Source: Thermoplasmata archaeon (GTDB lineage Archaea > Thermoplasmatota > Thermoplasmata > GCA-020350865). Taken from it: a DNA stretch of 64,000 nt. Positions within the stretch are counted from its first letter, which is position 1. Each line of letters starts with the position of its first letter. Of this stretch, positions 58,304 to 64,000 are shown piece after piece. The notes beneath the pieces are model-generated. The model saw only the letters and a program-made list of their open reading frames with translations, made no database searches and was not told the origin of the DNA. Location: assembly GCA_020348445.1 (NCBI GenBank), contig CP070751.1, positions 64,001-128,000 of the forward strand, written 5' to 3'. Position numbers and translations under genes: made by a program.

Positions 58304-58330
58304 GATATAATATGAATATTTAAAATTATC
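58304..58330 (-). promoter_or_regulatory. Array promoter copy 9
   Basis: Plus strand gatataatatgaatatttaaaattatc. Confidence 0.75.
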
Positions 58331-58373
58331 CACAAACCTACAAATAAGCCCAAAACAAGCAAAACAAATGACC

Positions 58374-59000
58374 TTAGTCTTTCCCCTCTTCCTCTTCTTC
58401 TTCTTTGACTTCCTCCTTAGTCAATTTCTCACTTCCTCCCTTCTCAATTACTTCTTCCTCCTTCTCACCTTCCTTGAATTCCTTTATAGACCCCTCGTCT
58501 TCTTTACTTTTACCTTTCGGCTCTATGTCCCCTTCACCTTCCTCTTTAGGTTCTTCATCACTTTTGCCTTCTCCTTCAACACCTTCCTTAGCCTCCTCCT
58601 CTTCCTCTTCATCTTCCTCCTCCTTCTTCCCGAACAAGGCCTCATTCAAACGCTTAAAAGACTCCACTGTTAAGGCCAATGCAAATAAATTCACCACTGC
58701 GAAAAGGAGAAAAATCTCTGCTGCAAAGAACAAATCAGTCTCAGGTAATACCTTATCCAGGCTGTAGTGTAAGAAGAATATGTTACTCCATGAGGCATTA
58801 TGGAATATTCCATCTTCCAGGAAATAATCAAAGTCAGGTATCTCAGCCCAAATCCCCCCGACAATCCCCACAATCGCTCTTTTTTTAAGAAATTCCATAG
58901 AATTTGATACCTTGATATTCTTTGTGGCAAGCCAAAAGATAAGAAGGAATATGGGTATTGTTATTGAATAGCCCCAAAAAAAATGTGCGAAAGGCCAGAT
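58374..59000 (-). CDS. YdjM-like (metal-dependent hydrolase-type) membrane protein with an acidic tail; probable non-canonical ATC start
   Basis: The frame is open upstream of the ORF-track Met (58898) and reads IWPFAHFFWGY...GGIWAEIPDFD...H...H. A GGTGAT SD precedes ATC at 59000. Confidence 0.6.
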   Translation of the reverse strand: MWPFAHFFWGYSITIPIFLLIFWLATKNIKVSNSMEFLKKRAIVGIVGGIWAEIPDFDYFLEDGIFHNASWSNIFFLHYSLDKVLPETDLFFAAEIFLLFAVVNLFALALTVESFKRLNEALFGKKEEEDEEEEEEAKEGVEGEGKSDEEPKEEGEGDIEPKGKSKEDEGSIKEFKEGEKEEEVIEKGGSEKLTKEEVKEEEEEEGKD

Positions 59001-59031
59001 ATGATCACCATACCATTTTCATCTTTCTAAT

Positions 59032-62000
59032 CTAAGCTTCATCAGGAGGGGGCGGTGGCGCCCGTTTCTTAACTTCTTTTTTAGGTTCGGGCGGTGGTAA
59101 CTCTTCAGGTGGAATAGGCGGTGGTGCAGGTGGCGGTGTCTCATCTTCAATTATTTCAAATGTTTCAGAAGGAGCCTCTGGTTCAGCCTCTTGCAATGGA
59201 GGAGGAGATGGTGGTTTAGAAGGAGCTTTCTTGGCTGGAGCCTTCTTTTTCTTGGGTGGTTTGGCTCGAGGTTGAACAGGTTTTGCAGCAGCGGGGGGGG
59301 CTTCTTCTTTTGCTATGACCTGGGGTTCTTCTTGAGGTACTGTTGCCTGCATCGCAGATTGTGCCTCAAGGGCAAGCTGAAGTTGACCCCGGGCCTGATC
59401 CAAATCATTGATCCTTGTCAACAATTTCTGGTTCCTGCTTCTCTCCTTGGCAAATAGGGCACCCAAAATCACTGCCACAATTATTCCAATCAAGGCCAAA
59501 AAGAGCCATAAAACATAGGATTCATCAGAGGTTTCTTTCCATTTTGAGCTGTCCAACGGATAATCATCATTGGCATCGGACTTACCGTCGTTGTCGTCAT
59601 CCTCGTCGGTCTTGTCCCCGATACCGTCCCCGTCAGTATCCAAAGTTTCCTCAGGATCGTAGGGAAAGTCATCTTCGGAATCGATTACACCATCATCGTC
59701 ATCGTCATCATCTATGTTGTCTCCAAGACCATCTGAATCGGTATCTACCCATTCTGTGGGATTATTAGGGAATTCATCGATATCATCCGGTACGTTGTCC
59801 TGATCATCGTCAGGATCCTCGGAATCGAATAAACCATCACCATCAGAATCTATTTCTGGTTTCGCAGAGATAATATTGGACACTGATGAGCTTAAACCAG
59901 CATCGTCAACTGCCACGATAAAGTAGCTGTAGTTCTGCCCATTAATCAATCCCGAGTGATAATAGTAGGTTACGTCATGTGAAAATGTTTCTATCTTGTC
60001 ATAAACCTGCCCATCATCGCTGAAGTACAATTCGTAATGGCTAAAGTCCTCCTCAATATTTGGATTCCAGGTGATGTTCAAGGCTCCCCCTGTCTGGATT
60101 TTTGTATAGGTAAGTCCAGAAGTAGGCAAGGGAGGTGTTGTGTCCAAAACTGTGACGAACCATGAACTTGTGTTCCAATTTCCTGCAGAATCTGTTATGT
60201 TTACGGTCATGGTATATACTCCTGGATCATCATATGTATGAGTAACAACATCATCAGAGCCAAATAACTGGTTGCCATCGCCAAAGGTAAAGTGGTACGA
60301 TACAATTCCAACATTATCATCTGATTTTGATGCATTGAACTCGTACTCCACTTCCTCATGCATAGTATCCTCAAATTCAACATTCAAAGCGGGTCTCTCC
60401 TCATCCACCAACTTCACTTCTATGGCCACGGGATCGATGTTGGAGTTTCCTTGAGCGTCGTAGACTATCAGGGTTACTATGTAATTTCCAGGCTCTGTAA
60501 AAACATGTGTCGGGGAAATCCCTGTATAATCTGGATTGTTCCAATCAATGCCGTCGCTGTTATCAATGTCCCATAGGTAAGTTACGATACCAACGTTATC
60601 GTATGAGGCCGAGGCGTCGAATGTGTATGGCGTGTCCTCGTCTATAGTGTCATCTTCCCCAGCGTCTGCAAAGGGAGGCGTTATATCCAAAACCTCGATG
60701 GTAAGGGTGTTATGGTTCCAGTTGCCTGATGTATCAGTGACGTTCAAGGTGACAAGATATACCCCAGGTTCGGAATAGGTATGCAATGGCGAGCTCCCGC
60801 TGTGATCGGGATCGTCCCAATTCAAACCGTCGTTTATATCCATATCCCATGCATAGCTAAATATATCCACATTGTCGCTGGAAGCCGAAGCGTCGAAGGT
60901 ATAGGGTGACTCCTCATTCACTATGCCATCTGGTCCTGCATCGGCATTTGGAAGGGTTATATCCAAGACCGTTATTGTCACGGTGTCCAGGTTCCAATTT
61001 CCAGAGGTGTCGGTGACATTCAAGGTTACGCTGTAAGTCCCTGGCTCGGTGTATATATGATCAGGATCCCATTTGCTTGGGCCGCTTTCATCAGGATTGC
61101 TCCAATCGATGCCGTCACTCTCGTCAAAGTCCCAGGCATAACTTGCGATATCCACGTTATCACTTGAACCAGAGGCATCGAAGGTGTACGGTGATTCCTC
61201 ATCTATGGTGGTATCAGAGCCGGCATCTGCAGTGGGTTCTGTGACATCCAACACTGTAATATGAATTTCCGCCGTGTTCCAGTTTCCTTGTTCATCAGTG
61301 ACATTGAGTGTAACTGTGTATGTACCTGGTTCAGAATATTCATGACTTGGATTGGAGCCAGTGTAATCTGGTGTCACCCAATCAAGACCGTCGCTTGCAT
61401 TAATATCCCATTTGTATTCCACGACATCCACGTTATCAAATGAGGATAAGCCGTCAAAAATGTACGGTGTATCCTCGTCTACAGTGTCATCGGAGCCTGC
61501 ATCAGCAGTAGGTGATGTGACATCCAGAACTGTAATTTGGACAGTATCTGTGTTCCAGTTTCCTTCCTCGTCTGTGACATTCAATGTTATCACATATATT
61601 CCCGGCTCGTTGTATGTATGCATGGGATTCCATAAACTTGGACCTGAGTAATCGGGACTGACCCAGTCTACTCCATCGTTTTTATCTATATCCCAGGCAT
61701 AATTTACTATACCGACATCATCAGAGGATTTTGAAGCATCGAACTGATGAGGCAAATCCTCATCAATTGTTACATCATCACCTGCATCTGCAAATGGATT
61801 GCGCGCATCTATCACAGTTATGGTCAATGAATCGGTACCGCTGTTTCCTGCCTCATCAGTAACAGTCAAAACCACAATATACACACTAGGTGTGGTATAG
61901 GTATGAGACGGATTGGGTCCTGCATCGTATGCGAAGTTACCATCTCCAAATGTCCAATTGTAGAATTCGATTACGCCCGAGTTGTCTGAAGAAAGAGAGC

Positions 62001-63999
62001 CGTCAAAAAGATAGGCTGTATCGTTGTTAACAGAATCATCGGGCCCGGCATTTGCCAAAGGATCTGTTACGTCCAAAACTCTGATTGTCACGGTATCAGT
62101 TGTCCAATAGTCTGATACATCGGTGACTTTCAATGTCGCGATGTAAACACCTGGTTCCGAATATACATGAGATGGACTCACACCCAGATAGTCGGGAGTT
62201 ACCCAATCCACTCCGTCGCTTGCATCTATGTCCCATGCATAGGTGGCGATGCCCACATTGTCATCCGAGCCAGAGCCATCGAAGGTGTGAGATGTATCCT
62301 CATCTACAGTTGCATCGTCCCCTGCATGTGCAGTTGGAGGAGTCACGTCAAGGACAGTTATGGACAATGTGTCTGTGTCCGAGTTCCCTTCAGCATCTGT
62401 TACGTTCAAGGTTACAATGTATGTGTTGGGTGTCATGTATGTGTAAATCGGATTCGGTCCTGTCCGATCAGGTGTCGCCCAATCCAATCCATCACTTGCA
62501 TTCATATCCCACGCATAGTTGAAGATTCCAACATTATCTGAGGAAGCAGAGCCGTCAAAGACAACAGGTGAACCCTCATCTGTAACATTATCAGGGCCTG
62601 CATCTGCAGATGGAAATGTGATATCAATAACAGTTATCCACACGGTATCTATACCCGAATTTCCTGATAAATCCGTTACATTCAATGTAACTATATACAC
62701 ATCAGGCTGAGCATATTCATGGGAAGGTGAAGGATCGGTTCCATTGGAATAATTTCCATCTCCAAAGTCCCAGTTGTAGAATGCAATAGAACCCGAGTTG
62801 TCGTAAGAAAGAGTACCATCGAAAGTATAAGATGTATCTTCATCTACTGAATCATTTGGTCCTGCATCTGCCATAGGGGAGGTGACGTCAAATACAGTCA
62901 CATTGAGAATGTCCATACCCCATCCTCCATCTGCGTCAATCACCCTCAGTGTGACCACATAATCCCCAGGTGTATCATAAGTCCAATTTACTTCCATGCC
63001 CATTTTATCTGGAGAGCCCCAGTCCAAGCCATCTGAATCATCAATATCCCACAAATAATCGGTAATCCCAAAATCGTCCCAAGAGAGGGAGCCGTTGAAT
63101 ACTATGGGCAAATCCTCGTCTGTAGAATCGTCAAGCCCAGCATTAGCAATTGGGGGAAGGGAATCTGTCACCGTTATATTTACTATATCGGTGGCCCAGT
63201 TTCCATTGGCATCTGTGCATTTAAGTGTGGCAGTATAAAGACCAGAAAATGTGTATATATGGGTAGGGGTGATATTTGTACCGTTGTCATAGAATCCGTC
63301 GCCAAAACTCCAGTTGTACCATACTATACCCACATTGTCCCATGAGCCTGAACCGTCGAACATGTAAAGTGTGTTCTTCATTATGGAGCCGTCTAAACCT
63401 GCATCTACATGGGGTGGCTCGTTGTCCTTTACAGTGATTTGGACTACATCCGTATCTGTTATAGTGTCAGTATCAGTGATTCTCAAAGTCACATTATAGA
63501 CACCAGGTATTGTATATGTATATGAAGGTGATATTCCAGTCAAATCAGGGGGGCTGAAGTTCACACCATCACTATCGTCTATGTCCCATTCATAGATTGT
63601 TATGCCCTCAAAATCCCAAGAACCTGATCCATTGAAGTTGTAGGGTGTTCCTGCTGAGGCTGTATCATCAGGCCCGGCATCAGCTATGGGTAGATTGTTC
63701 TGGACACTGACAAGGACTGCAGAAAGCCAATTGCTGAAACCGCCGTTTGTATCCTCAAATCTCACCCTGAATTCATAAGGTCCTTCTGGTGCGCTGGCAT
63801 CGGGTGTGAAATTCACCTGCCAGAATCCAGATGGAGCTGTGCCTATATATGTCTGAGTTCCGAGATAAGTTGTATTCCATACTGAGGTACCAGGCTCTTT
63901 GTACTGGAAGTATGGGATCAAATCCTCTTCACTGTCCTCAGGATCTGAGCCGTTGGCTGTTATGTTCACCACCTGGCCACGGTAGATATCCAAGGCAGT
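59032..63999 (-). CDS. Large PKD-repeat surface protein with FN3, thrombospondin type-3-like repeats, TM and Pro-rich cytoplasmic tail; 5'-partial
   Basis: The frame is open to the window end. It contains 13 PKD-type units (ADAG...FDGSxSxDN..I..Y.W; about 60145-63699), an FN3-like unit, DxDGDG/DDDxDG repeats (59539-59850), the TM YVLWLFLALIGIIVAVILGALFA and a PPPAPPPIPP tail. Confidence 0.9.
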   Translation of the reverse strand, partial: TALDIYRGQVVNITANGSDPEDSEEDLIPYFQYKEPGTSVWNTTYLGTQTYIGTAPSGFWQVNFTPDASAPEGPYEFRVRFEDTNGGFSNWLSAVLVSVQNNLPIADAGPDDTASAGTPYNFNGSGSWDFEGITIYEWDIDDSDGVNFSPPDLTGISPSYTYTIPGVYNVTLRITDTDTITDTDVVQITVKDNEPPHVDAGLDGSIMKNTLYMFDGSGSWDNVGIVWYNWSFGDGFYDNGTNITPTHIYTFSGLYTATLKCTDANGNWATDIVNITVTDSLPPIANAGLDDSTDEDLPIVFNGSLSWDDFGITDYLWDIDDSDGLDWGSPDKMGMEVNWTYDTPGDYVVTLRVIDADGGWGMDILNVTVFDVTSPMADAGPNDSVDEDTSYTFDGTLSYDNSGSIAFYNWDFGDGNYSNGTDPSPSHEYAQPDVYIVTLNVTDLSGNSGIDTVWITVIDITFPSADAGPDNVTDEGSPVVFDGSASSDNVGIFNYAWDMNASDGLDWATPDRTGPNPIYTYMTPNTYIVTLNVTDAEGNSDTDTLSITVLDVTPPTAHAGDDATVDEDTSHTFDGSGSDDNVGIATYAWDIDASDGVDWVTPDYLGVSPSHVYSEPGVYIATLKVTDVSDYWTTDTVTIRVLDVTDPLANAGPDDSVNNDTAYLFDGSLSSDNSGVIEFYNWTFGDGNFAYDAGPNPSHTYTTPSVYIVVLTVTDEAGNSGTDSLTITVIDARNPFADAGDDVTIDEDLPHQFDASKSSDDVGIVNYAWDIDKNDGVDWVSPDYSGPSLWNPMHTYNEPGIYVITLNVTDEEGNWNTDTVQITVLDVTSPTADAGSDDTVDEDTPYIFDGLSSFDNVDVVEYKWDINASDGLDWVTPDYTGSNPSHEYSEPGTYTVTLNVTDEQGNWNTAEIHITVLDVTEPTADAGSDTTIDEESPYTFDASGSSDNVDIASYAWDFDESDGIDWSNPDESGPSKWDPDHIYTEPGTYSVTLNVTDTSGNWNLDTVTITVLDITLPNADAGPDGIVNEESPYTFDASASSDNVDIFSYAWDMDINDGLNWDDPDHSGSSPLHTYSEPGVYLVTLNVTDTSGNWNHNTLTIEVLDITPPFADAGEDDTIDEDTPYTFDASASYDNVGIVTYLWDIDNSDGIDWNNPDYTGISPTHVFTEPGNYIVTLIVYDAQGNSNIDPVAIEVKLVDEERPALNVEFEDTMHEEVEYEFNASKSDDNVGIVSYHFTFGDGNQLFGSDDVVTHTYDDPGVYTMTVNITDSAGNWNTSSWFVTVLDTTPPLPTSGLTYTKIQTGGALNITWNPNIEEDFSHYELYFSDDGQVYDKIETFSHDVTYYYHSGLINGQNYSYFIVAVDDAGLSSSVSNIISAKPEIDSDGDGLFDSEDPDDDQDNVPDDIDEFPNNPTEWVDTDSDGLGDNIDDDDDDDGVIDSEDDFPYDPEETLDTDGDGIGDKTDEDDDNDGKSDANDDYPLDSSKWKETSDESYVLWLFLALIGIIVAVILGALFAKERSRNQKLLTRINDLDQARGQLQLALEAQSAMQATVPQEEPQVIAKEEAPPAAAKPVQPRAKPPKKKKAPAKKAPSKPPSPPPLQEAEPEAPSETFEIIEDETPPPAPPPIPPEELPPPEPKKEVKKRAPPPPPDEA

Positions 64000-64000
64000 G

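Overview
Archaeal genomic window. Evidence: BRE/TATA promoters, GGAGG/GGTGA Shine-Dalgarno sites, a presenilin homologue and sequon-rich surface proteins; Thermoplasmatota is my inference, not a verified assignment. The first 9.5 kb is a mixed housekeeping and proteolysis block. It holds a secreted S8 subtilase (3'-partial, absent from the ORF track), trxB, a presenilin-family GxGD intramembrane protease with a ~320-aa FG-GAP-like ectodomain inserted between TM3 and TM4, and a metallophosphoesterase followed by a 70-bp tandem repeat. It also holds an Nfu protein, an unannotated 41-aa zinc ribbon, a PflX-like radical SAM enzyme and a possible Panacea-like antitoxin/membrane-protein pair. From 9594 to 58265 lies a head-to-tail array of nine paralogous giant type I membrane proteins (1212-2653 aa), each with its own copy of one conserved promoter. 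Eight carry beta-propeller heads of exactly 7 or 21 blades with hypervariable top-face loops, and the ninth has an unrelated acidic head. Stalks are Ig-like and of variable length, and all nine share a TM helix and a strongly conserved ~65-aa cytoplasmic domain. Modules are shuffled between paralogues. The window ends with a YdjM-like membrane protein that appears to start at ATC, and a 5'-partial PKD/FN3/TSP3 surface protein. The most notable candidate system is a diversified surface receptor/adhesin repertoire with a common intracellular domain, possibly processed by the neighbouring presenilin homologue. That functional link is a hypothesis only. No reverse transcriptase, recombinase, CRISPR array, tRNA or rRNA was recognised.
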